NCBI RefSeq assembly: GCF_006345805.1
Contig: NC_043015.1
Coordinates: forward strand, 33,666,001-33,730,000
DNA length: 64,000 nt
Direction: 5' to 3'
Source of the DNA: Octopus sinensis
Lineage: Eukaryota
The translations under genes were made by a program, and so were the position numbers. Below the pieces are notes generated by a model. The model did no database searches, was not told where the DNA came from, and was given only the letters and a program-made list of their open reading frames with translations. Numbering within the stretch: position 1 is the first letter of the stretch; each line of letters begins with the position of its first letter. Shown here piece after piece: positions 1-10,520 of the stretch.

Positions 1-123
1 CTTGTGAGCCTATTAGTCTATCAGTCTCTTTTGCTGAACCGCTAAGTTATGGGGATGTAAACACACCAACATTAGTTGTCAAGCAATGGTGGGGGGGACA
101 AACACAGACACACGAATATACAC

Positions 124-154
<31 letters not shown>

Positions 155-245
155 ACTAAATCCACTCACAAAGCTTTGGTCGGCCCAAAGCTATAGTGGA
201 AGACACTTGCCCAAGGTGCCACGCAGTGGGACTGAACCCAGAACT
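1..245 (-). mobile_element. tRNA-derived SINE, partial, with internal (CA)n/(TA)n
   Basis: Reverse complement of the SINE at 5760-6200 (gaagacacttgcccaaggtgccacgcagtgggactgaacc; gaaccgctaagtta). Confidence 0.85.
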
Positions 246-450
246 TGTTTCAATCATTAGACAGAGGCAGTGCCTTGAAGAAGTTTTAATCAAATGAATT
301 TATTCCAGTCCTTATTTTTTAAAGCTAGGCACTTATTCTATCAATCTCTTTTGCCAAACTGCTGAGTTACACAGATGTAAACACCAATACTAGTTGTCGT
401 GGGGTGCTTGCAGTAGGATGGAACCTGGAACTAAGTGGTTGGGAAACGAC
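246..450 (-). mobile_element. Degenerate SINE fragment of the same family
   Basis: cttgtttcaatcatt...acttattctatcaatctcttttgccaaactgctgagttac matches the SINE 3' half. Confidence 0.65.
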
Positions 451-960
451 AATAGTGTACTTATATACTCATCTATGGTACCATTATTATAAGAGTTACC
501 TCTTATTAAGCGCTAGTTGGTTTGGTTTCCACCATGAAAGTGGTACAGAGCATGCAGAGAAATAAAACCAGGTAGCGCCACATTAGAGACAAGATTACAA
601 GATGAAATCACTTCCTATCCTTCTCTACATTAACTCCAGCACATAAATCATACATCCATACACCATTTATGCACAAAGAATGTTGGCTGTTAAATTCATC
701 ATGGGTAATTGCATTGCAGTAAATATATTGTTTGATAATTTCATTATAAGCTAATTACATCATGAGCAAATACATCGTCAATAAATTCATAACAATGTGT
801 TTTATCTGCAAAGTAAATACATCAGTAAACATTCTTTAAATTTGTTTATTATCACAATTTTCCTTTCTCTTGTTTTTTCTTGTAGGGAAAATATGTCATA
901 TTTAATTATGTATTTGGTATTACAATGGAATAAATTCAGAATATAGTTCATAAATCAGGG

Positions 961-990
961 AAGGGGAGAGAGAGAGAGAGAGAGAGAGAG
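961..990. repeat. (AG)n microsatellite abutting the 3' end of the Tx1 element
   Basis: Directly visible. Confidence 0.95.
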
Positions 991-1218
991 AATTTCCTTA
1001 TTCACCATAAGGTTGAGAAAAAGAGGGGATGATACAAGGACAGACAAAACAAACATTGGGGCCAGGGTATCGAATGAGACAAAACGTATGAATAAACAAA
1101 CAATTAAAATATATACAATTAAATGAGAATGAGTGATTAACAAAAATGAAGCGGAGGACGTAGTTGACCCCACAAACTCACACTGAAGACTTTGCTTTCT
1201 CCTTTTTTACATTCTCGT

Positions 1219-4200
1219 TTAAACAGGTTCTTTCACTCGCAACATACTTGCTATAGACTTCCATCTTTTACGAAACACACTTTGCGACAGGCATTTCTTC
1301 TCCAGCCTTATTTTCCGTTTCATGTGGAAAACGAAAAAGTCGATTAGCTCGAGACTGGAGATAAACATACCTGTTGCAATTCCTTTCACTCTCGTCTTCC
1401 ATACTACTTCTTTCGCCACAGCAACTACTGAAAGAAAACAGGCTCGCTCCTCCCTATTCAGGGAGGTTGACGGAACTATCTTAATTATAGATTCGCTCGA
1501 CAGTTGTACTTTTCTCGAATGCGACAGCAGGTGTTCGACATAAGCCCAGAGTTCAGTCACCTTGGGGCATTGCACAATCGCGTGCAGGACAGTTTCACTG
1601 TCCCTCTTACATCTTGCACAAACCGGCGAAGGTGCACACCCATGTTGAACCATTAAAGCTCCTCTGTAACATTGCCAGGCCAGGGACTTTTGGTAATTAT
1701 CCATAGGCCCCGGACCGAATGTTCTTTGGAACAGGCTGGCCAGTTGATTTTCGTCGAAGCCCAGGGTTTCTCCCAGGACATCGTCACACTTAAACTCTAC
1801 TAACCCTCTATAGAAGAACGAGGTAGTACTCCCGCCACCAGCGTTGCCCGACTGGGAGAGAAGCACGAGTGCCTAATGGCACTCTACATGCCACACGCCC
1901 AACCTCGGTCTACACTTGATCCATGGGTTCAGTTTAATAAACAATGTGAACTGTGGAAATAACAGCCTGACGAACGGAGACCACACCAGCTCACCGTCCA
2001 GGTAAAGCCAGAGGTGCATAAGCCTGAGCACATGTCTACACATTTTTAGCCACGGCATCCCTAACCCACCCTTCAGCGGCTTTTGGCAGCAAATAGAGCA
2101 CCTTAAAAGAGGTCTGCTGCCCCCCACAAAAAGCGAAAGAGCATGCATTCCAGCTTGTTCAGCCACGAATCAGGGCAAGGCAAGACGGTCAGGCGGTAAG
2201 TGATTACAGAGGCGATACACACCTCTGCAAACCTCCGCCCTCCCTTTCAAGGACAGCTTCCGCTCAGACCAGGTCTGAGTTAGGAGAGCCACCTTTCTCG
2301 CCACCTAGCTCCAATTCTTCTCTATCTGGAGATCTGGACCTAACCAGATTCCAAGCATTTTCACTGGCCCTTCCATCCAACGTCCCCACGATGCTGTTGG
2401 AAGACATCGACTTATCCCGGTTGACTTTTGCTCCTGCCACCACTTCGTAGTCCCTTAAGGCCTCACCCACCCACTGTAGGTGCTCCACTCGGGATATGAT
2501 GACGGTGATGTCATCCGCATATGCCGAAGCTGACTTTCCGCACCCTAGATCTTGTGGAGTGCTCCTCATAGTTTCCAACCTCCTCAGCAATGGCTCGAGG
2601 GCCAAAACGTAGAGAAGCGGAGAGAGAGGACACCCATGACGTACTGAACATTCAATGCGGAACGGCTCCGAAAAGAAACCATTCACCCGAACTACCGATT
2701 CAATGTTGCTGTATAAAACGTTGATCTACCCGTGGAAGGTTGGGCCGAAGCCAGCTGCCGCCAGATACTGATGGTCCACCCTATCGAACGCTTTCAATTA
2801 GTCCAAGTGGACCATAGCTCCACCCTTGCCAGGAATCCTATTTTACCCTTTCTAAGGCATAGCGTAGAAAGTGGAGATTGTCGTGGATGGTCCTTCCAGA
2901 GATGGCACAAGTTTGCGCCTTGCCAACAAGTTCACCCACAACCCGCACCGACCTTTTTGCTAAGACCTTGGCCAAAATCTTCAACTCTGAGTTAAGCAGA
3001 GTGATGGGCCAAAAATTATCAATTAAATCCCTCTTGTTTGGGTCCTTTCTTAACAGCGCTGCCACCCCTCGGCTCACAGACTTAGGAATTCTCCCGTTCT
3101 GCTGCCAGTTGGTGTACCCGCATGCAAGTAGGTGCCCAAACAAGTCTGGCATGCTACTATAGAGTTCTTAAGGCACACCATCAAGTCCCAGCAATTTGTC
3201 CCCGCTGCAGTCTGCCAACACATCCTCGGCTTCCTCGATAGACGTGGCGAACCAGCTAGGAAGTCTGCGAGCTTCTCCCCGTGCTCCAGTCCGCCGCTCC
3301 TCCCAAATAGCTGGGCAAAATGATCGTGAAACACCTTGCACATCTCAACGGGTTCGTTTACTGATCGACCATTTGAGTCTGTCAAAGATCGAATGGTTGA
3401 GTTGTTGCCACGCTGGCCCTCTACCACCTGGCCCATCTGGTTGCGTTGATCCCTTCCTGTCTCATTGCATGGATCTTAGCCCTGACAATGCACCCTTCAT
3501 GTTTAGCTTTGAGATGTTGGTCGAGTGCCAACCTCGCCGCTAACACTTTCGATGCACTGCCTGCCCTCATTACCTCATCTATTGCCTTAACTAGTTCCTT
3601 TTCTACTTTGTTTCTAGCACTAGCTAATTCTTTGCTAAACTTAATTGACTCAAATTTGATGGCTCTTTTCAGGGTGTACCACCGTTTGTTGTTGATAATG
3701 GATCCAGTTAACGCCCTCATTACTAATTGTTTAATCTGATTCCTGTAGGCTTCACAGTCCAATAGTGACTTGTTTAGCTTCCAGTAACCAGTACCTCGTC
3801 TACACATGCTATCTATGTTGAGTGTACAGGTCACTAATTTGTGATCGCTGTAGCTGATGATATGGTGTTGTGGAAATCTAAGTAATTTCTTATCTTTCCT
3901 TCTAGTTATGATTCTATCTATGTAACATCTGGACAACCCGTCGTTTCTTGCCCAGGTCCACACTGGAGTGTCTGGGTGGTCCAGTCTGAATCGATCTGCC
4001 AACTCGAAACGACTTAGCAGATCGTTGAGGTGAGGTAATCCCCTCCTATTCTTTCTCGAGCCAACATAATCTACACGTGCATCGCAAATTATGTTGAAGT
4101 CACCTAGCAATACTAACATGTTCGACGTGCCAAGAAAATTTTCTAGGCTTTTGAAGTAATCTTTCTGCCCGGCTTTTCCTTCGCAGGGAGCATAGACAGC

Positions 4201-4534
4201 GACCAGCCTGAACACTTTACCACTGCTGTGCGTCACATCCAAAATTACCAACCTGCCTTCCGGATCTATAAAGACAGTTCTAATCTCTAAATCCAGGTTT
4301 TTTCTGACCAGCACTGCCACTCCTCCGCCCCCTTCAAGTCGACAGGGAGAAACGTATTTCTCGTAGCCGTTTAGAAGGGGCGAAAAAGCCTGCAGCCCAC
4401 TCAGTTTGCATTCGGTAATTACAACTACATCCAAACGATGCGACCCAAGGTCGTTAAAGGAGGTAGCCTTGCTTCCAATACAACCCCAGGCCACAAATAT
4501 TTAAACAACCGAGTTTAAACGAGAATGTGAAAAA
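1219..4534 (-). pseudogene. Tx1 ORF2 (APE endonuclease + reverse transcriptase + zf-RVT), disrupted
   Basis: APE motifs FKLGCLNICGL (adjacent frame), VVITE, LLGDFN, YIDRI, SDHK. RT motifs NFWPITLLNSELKILAKVLA, HGCPLSPLLY, AYADDIT. C-terminal CARC-x7-H-x4-C. Stop TAA at 1219-1221. Confidence 0.92.
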
Positions 4535-5759
4535 TTAGTCGAATGTTTAAAACTTACTGTTTTAACGGGAGAGAGGGTGTAGTTTCACCCTCCTCTTTTC
4601 TGTCTGTGAGTGTTGTGGCCTGCGAGGTCATTTTTTTCGCTAATTGCCTGTACAGATGGCTCGAAAAGTTCACCTGTAACGGGCCTCCGCAAAAGATTTT
4701 TTTAGTTCAAAATAGTCAGAGTTATCTATAGTATAAAATTCGACATTTTCAAGAATAGTATTATTTACATCTGTTGCGATATATTTTTTCGCCGATTTCA
4801 TTAAAACAATTTTGTCTCTTAATAGTTTATTATTTTTGTTTATCGCCGTGAAGGTGTTTCTCTTTGTTATATTAGGCGATTGTGGAGGGGTGCTTGTGGG
4901 TGTGTGTGTGTGCTTGTAGAAGCATGGGTGTTTGTAGGTGTGTGTGTGTGCTTTTTCCAATGTGTGTGTTTTTTTGGCTATATGTGTGTTTGCGACTGTA
5001 TTTGTGGGTGTGGGTGTGCTTTTCTGTGTCGGAGCATAGTCCTGGGTATCCAAAGAGGGTGGATTTTTCCGTTTCCGTCTTCTTTTTGAAGGTTCCATGT
5101 TGACCCACTCCTGGATGTTGTTGTTTTCTCCTGCTGTCTACTGTACTTTGGCAATTGGGGTGCGCGATGTGGCTGCTATTTCTAGCGGTGTGGTCGTTGT
5201 CTTCGGCGTCGTGCTTGCCTCTTCTGCTGCGTTTCCTTTGGCTGTCTTCTTCTTACAGCTCAACCTTATGTGGCCTTTCTCGCCACATTTGTAACACCTG
5301 GGCTTTCTCCCCTCGACTACCACCATCATGCTGTATTTTCTCCAATTGTAAGGGAACTGGGCAATTTTTCTAAGTCTGAGGGGTTTGCTTGGATGACAAG
5401 CTCTAAATCTTGTCCAAACCAGTTTGTGTGGTGGTATCTCTTAGATTGAAGAATTGAAATTTCTTCTTCTTTGCCTATGAGAATCGCGGCTATGACAAAG
5501 GCCACATCTATTTCGGGTCGTATATCCGTGACTGTGATTTTTGAAGTTCTCTTTCCTAAGTCGGCAGGAGAACTACTCCTTCCGACTTCAATGTCCTTGT
5601 TCAATGTTCCCTAGCTTTTTCTTCGCTAGGGTGACGCACCTCTACCGTGCCAAAGCGATTACCCCACGTTATGTAGCTTGTTTGTTGCCATATCGGCCTC
5701 AAGCATTTTTTTATGGCTTCCCTCGGTACAAAATCGATTTTTTTATTTTTGACATTATA

Positions 5760-5924
5760 GGCGCAGGAGTGGCTGTGTGGTAAGTAGCTTGCTTACCAAC
5801 CACATGGTTCCAGGTTCAGTCCCACTGTGTGGCATCTTAGGCAAGTGTCTTCTACTATAGCCTCAGGCCGACCAATGCCTTGTGAGTGGATTTGGTAGAC
5901 GGAAACTGAAAGAAGCCTGTCGTA

Positions 5925-5975
<51 letters not shown>

Positions 5976-6200
5976 ATGTATATGTATTTGTGTGTATGTT
6001 TGTGTGTCTGTGTTTGTCTCCCTAGCATTGCTTGACAACCGATGCTGGTATGTTTACGTCCCCGTCACTTAGCGGTTCGGCAAAAGAGACCGATAGAATA
6101 AGTACTGGGCTTACAAAGAATAAATCCCGGGGTCGATTTGCTCGACTAAAGGCGGTGCTCCAGCATGGCCGCAGTCAAATGACTGAAACAAGTAAAAGAG
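5760..6200 (+). mobile_element. Full-length tRNA-derived SINE nested in Tx1 ORF1
   Basis: A-box tggctgtgtggt, B-box ggttcagtccc, central (TA)n, tail gactgaaacaagtaaaagag; tata duplicated at 5756-5759 and 6201-6204. Confidence 0.93.
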
Positions 6201-6439
6201 TATATGTTTTGTATATCACCGTCTTTCTCTCCGTCGCGTAAATTAATTTCACTGGAAGGGAGCAACTTCACATTATCACCTTCTCTCTTTTAGTAAACCT
6301 TAGTATTTCTTCAATTCTTCTTTGTTAATAATTATATTTTCGCAGGGGCGAGTTGCTGCAATCGCAAAAGTTTCCATTTTTCCTCTTTTTTAGCCTCGCA
6401 CGACATCTTGTCGTCTGCTTTTGTAACGCTCGCGTGAGA

Positions 6440-6511
6440 CGCCTCTTTACTTTTACCTTCCTCCACCCACATTTTCGCCTCTTTACTTTTACCTTCCTCC
6501 ACCCACATATT
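6440..6511. repeat. 36-bp tandem duplication in ORF1 (MWVEEGKSKEA twice)
   Basis: cgcctctttacttttaccttcctccacccacat repeated at 6440 and 6476. Confidence 0.9.
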
Positions 6512-6729
6512 CGCCTTGAAACAAATTTTCAAAGTTTTCCTCTGACTCGGAAGAAATTGGTGGCAAATTCATGTTTTTCGTCGCTTCCCCCTTGAAACAT
6601 GGGGGAAAGAACAGCAAAACTCTGTTGCAAGAGCAGAAAAGAAGTCGTCTCGATGACCAAAACAGCAAATTTTCACAATTTTCAGCACAAAAACGATCTT
6701 TCACGGCGCAGCAAAGAATAACACGACCG

Positions 6730-6732
<3 letters not shown>

Positions 6733-6779
<47 letters not shown>

Positions 6780-6780
6780 G

Positions 6781-6814
<34 letters not shown>

Positions 6815-7037
6815 AGGAGGGAGAGAGAGAGAGAGAGAGGAGGGAGAGAGACAGAGAGATAGACAGCGAGATAGAGAGAGAGAGATAGGAGGGGGGAGAG
6901 GGACAGAGAGAAAGAGAGAGTGTGGGGAGAGAGGCAAGACAGAGTGAGACAAGCAGAGAATGAGAGAGAGTGAGAGACAGAAGGAAAGAGACCGAGAGAT
7001 AGATAGATAGAGAGAGCGCGAGAGAGAGAGAGAGAGA
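6733..7037. repeat. Compound (AG)n purine tract abutting the Tx1 5' end
   Basis: Directly visible. Confidence 0.95.
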
Positions 7038-7399
7038 CTATGTGCGTGTGTGTGTAACTATCAGTGTAAAATGTGTAGAGTGAGGAAATCCTTTGATATT
7101 TTTTCTGAAAATTAATTCTTCTTGCCAGAAGATTTATCAAAGATAAGTAGCACAGATGATGACATCATGTCATGATAATTTAGATAATTTTTATATGAAG
7201 AAGAGTTATATTCGAATGTATGTGTGTGTGACTATTCTGTGACACAGAAGTATTTTTGACTACTATTTTTAGCGATGTAGGTGCTCATGTGGTGCCTTCG
7301 TGTGTTTGTGTATGTAGATATATATATGTATGTGTGTGTGTGTGTGTTTGTGTAAATATATATATATATGTGTGTGTAGATATATGTGTGTGTGTGTAT

Positions 7400-7576
7400 C
7401 TCGTCTGCCGTTACGTTCTGAGTTCAAATTCCCCCGAGGTCAACTTTGCCTTTCATCCTTTCGGGGTCGATAAATTAAGTACCAGTTACGCACTGGGGTC
7501 GATGTAATCGACTTAATCCCTTTGTCTGTCCTTGTTTGTCCCCTCTGTGTTTAGCCCCTTCTGGGTAATAAAGAAA
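7400..7576 (+). mobile_element. SINE, 5'-truncated (second family)
   Basis: ttctgagttcaaatt...caactttgcctttcatcctttcggggtcgataaattaagtaccagtt; related copies at 21748, 48790 and 57375. Confidence 0.8.
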
Positions 7577-7791
7577 TATATATATATATTGTCAATAATA
7601 AAGGGTAAAATTAATTAATTAATTTTACCAAGTAGTGTTCAGTATGTAAAACGACCATTTACGGTATAATTGAAATATTACTTTTTTAAAGTACATATAT
7701 TCCATTAATTTGCCTGTACGGCTGATAAACTCGCTCGCCACACGTGGCGGTATTTTCCAAATAATATTTTCCTTCTCATAATTATTTATAA

Positions 7792-8426
7792 CTAGCAGTA
7801 TCGCCCGGCGTTGCTCGGATTTGTAAGGGAAATAACTATATAAGCATTTTTAGTGAGTTATAGCAAAAAAGTAGCAAAAAAATGCATTAAAAATGGGAAA
7901 AAATGATGGTAAATTTTTTTTTAAATCGTTGACTCATCGTAGACATTTTTAGAGAGTTACTTCCCTTATATAATAGCGAAAAAATGCATTAAAAACAACA
8001 ACACCGTATTTTCCGATTTTGTAGAATTTGCTTTCGGGCTTTCTTAGCCATTTCTGTTTTGGTGTCTTCAAGCCATGAAGTCGTTGTTCTAAAAGAACGC
8101 TGGTCTCCTTGACAACGCTTTACGACGTTGATTTCTTTACACTCCCTTCCCCACAGCTTCACGAGGGAGGGAAGAAGGGGGAGAAGCAAACATGCCGCCA
8201 TCGACACACGAAAAATTATGCATTAAAATGGAATAAAAAATGATGTTAAATTATTTTTAAAATCGTAGACTCATCGTAGACGCGCGCTAATAGCCAGACG
8301 GGCTCGATATGAATCACGACTATAAGATACCCGAATTTGGTTAAACTGCACCGCAAAATGTGGGAGTAGTTAGGAATCTAAATCGAAGGGGACAGACACT
8401 CACAACTACAGTTTTATATATATAGA
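7792..8426 (-). mobile_element. Non-autonomous Helitron, complete
   Basis: Minus strand reads A|TCTATATATATAAAA ... CCGAGCAACGCCGGGCGATACTGCTAG|T: 5' TC, subterminal hairpin, 3' CTAG, AT insertion site, no TSD. Confidence 0.85.
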
Positions 8427-8642
8427 TTTCATGCATTTCACTCGTGTTTGGTGACTTCTTCAAACAAACTTTTGCAGGCATGGTGTGGGGAAATTTTAGT
8501 AGAAGGAAGCTGGCAGACTTTGGCTGAAGAGAAACAGGTAACCATTTGATGCCAAGTTCGAAACCAGTTCCAAGTTGACCAGGAATAGCAAAGGTAAGAC
8601 GGTTTTATTATGTTCACTGGGATTTTTCACAACCATGCCTGT

Positions 8643-9024
8643 GGAAGCACTCCGTCGGTTACGACGACGAGGGTTTCGGTTGATCCGATCAACGGAACAG
8701 CCTGCTCGTGAAATTAACGTGTAAGTGGCTGAGCACTCCACAGACACGTGCACCCTTACCGTAGTTCTCCGGGATATTCAGCGTGACACTGAGAGTGACA
8801 AGGCCGGCCCCTTCAAATACAGGTACAACAGAAACAGGAAGTAAGAGTGAGAGAAAGTTGTGGTGAAAGAGTACAGCAGGGATCACCACCATCCCCTGCC
8901 GGAGCCGCGTGGAGCTTTAGGTGCTTTCGCTCAATAAACACTCACAACGCCCGGTCTGGGAATCGAAACCGCGATCCTATGACCGCGAGTCCGCTGCCCT
9001 AACCACTGGGCCAGTGCGCCTCCA
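8643..9024 (-). mobile_element. Full-length young tRNA-derived SINE (third family) with TSD
   Basis: Head ggcgcactggcccagtggttagggcagcggactcgcggtcataggatcgcggtttcgattccc; TSD cacaaccat(g/a)cctgt at 8628-8642 and 9025-9039; CpGs retained. Confidence 0.9.
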
Positions 9025-9123
9025 CACAACCATACCTGTAGTAGATTTGTGACTATTCTGTGATACAGAAGAATTTTTGACTTTTATTTTTAGCAATGGA
9101 GGTGCTCATGTGGTGCCATCATG

Positions 9124-9173
<50 letters not shown>

Positions 9174-9308
9174 TACATACATACATACATACATACATTA
9201 TTTTATATTGTATGAATATATTTAATTAATTTGCCTGTACGGCTGATAACTCACTTGCCACATGTGATGGTATTTTAATAATACCATCCCTTCTTAAATT
9301 TAAATATA

Positions 9309-10073
9309 TATCATCATCATCATCGTTTAACGTCCGTCTTCCATGCTAGCATGGGTTGGACGAGATATATGTGTGTGTGTGTGTGTGTGTCAGTGTGTAT
9401 GGTTCAAACTTATACAAAAAGAACAGAAGACAAGGACAGGTAAGGAAACACCAAGCAGGTCTGTTAGCTTGATGCTCAGGGAAATTGAAAGAGTCTTTGA
9501 TGTTTTTGAGCCTAGGCTTTTCTACAGAAAGGAATGAGGGAAGAAGACAACAGAGAAAAGAAAGAAAACAGAGGGAAAAAAACAACGCCTGGATTGATGG
9601 TTTCACATGTTGAATTGATCAGAAGGAAATGGTTGGTGGAAAGGGAGACATCAGTGACATGACTAAAGTTGTATGGGTGGAGCATATGAAGGACTACGTG
9701 AATGTATGTATATTTAGGGGGGTATGCATGTGTATGTGTGTGAGTAAACAAGTACATGTATGTGTAGAATGGTGTGTGAGGCTATCAGATGTGTGTTGAA
9801 ATGCATGTGTGTGGAAGGAGGGCAGTGGAATGTGTGTGTATGAAGAGATGGAAGCAGAAGGTGACTGAGTCACCTCCGTGCAAGGTCAGTCCAAACACAG
9901 ACAGATATTCAAAGACTCTTTCAATTTCCCTGAGCATCAGGCTAGCAGACCTGCTTGTTGTTTCCTTACTTGTCTTTTGTTCTTTTTGAACCACACACAC
10001 TGACACACACATATATCTCATCCAACCCATTAGCATGGAAGACGGACGTTAAACGATGATGATGATGATGATA
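9309..10073. repeat. Long inverted repeat (arms 9309-9500 and 9909-10073), probably Penelope-derived
   Basis: Arms are near reverse complements. Spacer encodes YLSVFGLTLHGGD (minus), resembling a PLE endonuclease C-terminus. Confidence 0.8.
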
Positions 10074-10520
10074 TTATTTACATTATTCACACTTGACGGA
10101 TATTTGTCCTCATCTTATTTGTTGTTAACATGTTTCAGCTGATATACCCTCCAGCCTTCATCAGGTGTCCTGGGCGAAATTTCGAACCCCAGAATCTAGG
10201 GGTTAGTAGCCCACACTCTTAACCACTGCGCCTTATACCCGTGGGCAATTATGAAGTAATTTTTAGGGCTTATAAATCTAATATTTTCCTATCCTTCCTT
10301 GATACCGGTTCTCACATCTGCACTCGGTCTGCTTAGGAGGTTGTTGTGTCCTAGCATATGTGCTGCTGCTTTTAGGTTTCGTAATTTCCAGTGGTGTTCT
10401 CTGTCTATTATTTTAACTTCATCCCACAGGGGGAGGTGGTCTCCATTTTTCCCATACATGATCACCTATACCCAATTTATCAATATCTCCTCGTGTCACA
10501 GCTTTGCGCTGTTTGTCTAC
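10074..10520 (-). mobile_element. Penelope-like 3' fragment/pLTR with tRNA-like box and hammerhead motif
   Basis: Minus strand GACAC-CTGATGA-AGGCTG...CAGCT-GAAAC; homologous to both arms of 35612-36112. Confidence 0.65.

Larger units (their letters stand above)
4670..6532 (-). pseudogene. Tx1 ORF1 (gag-like, zinc knuckle), disrupted and split by a SINE
   Basis: CYKCGEKGHIRLSC knuckle (CX2CX4HX4C) at ~5255-5296. Removing SINE 5760-6200 plus one TATA rejoins the frame as TVIYKTYNVKNKKIDFVPRE. Confidence 0.8.
991..6732 (-). mobile_element. Near-full-length, decayed Tx1-clade (L1 group) non-LTR retrotransposon
   Basis: Order on minus strand: 5'UTR, ORF1 with CCHC knuckle, APE endonuclease, RT (YADD), C-terminal zinc finger, U-rich 3'UTR. 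Several stops and frameshifts. Both ends run into (TC)n. Confidence 0.92.

Noticed and set aside
8950-9024. tRNA-like sequences at SINE heads as tRNA genes
   Set aside because: No proper acceptor stem; they are embedded in TSD-flanked or multi-copy SINEs.
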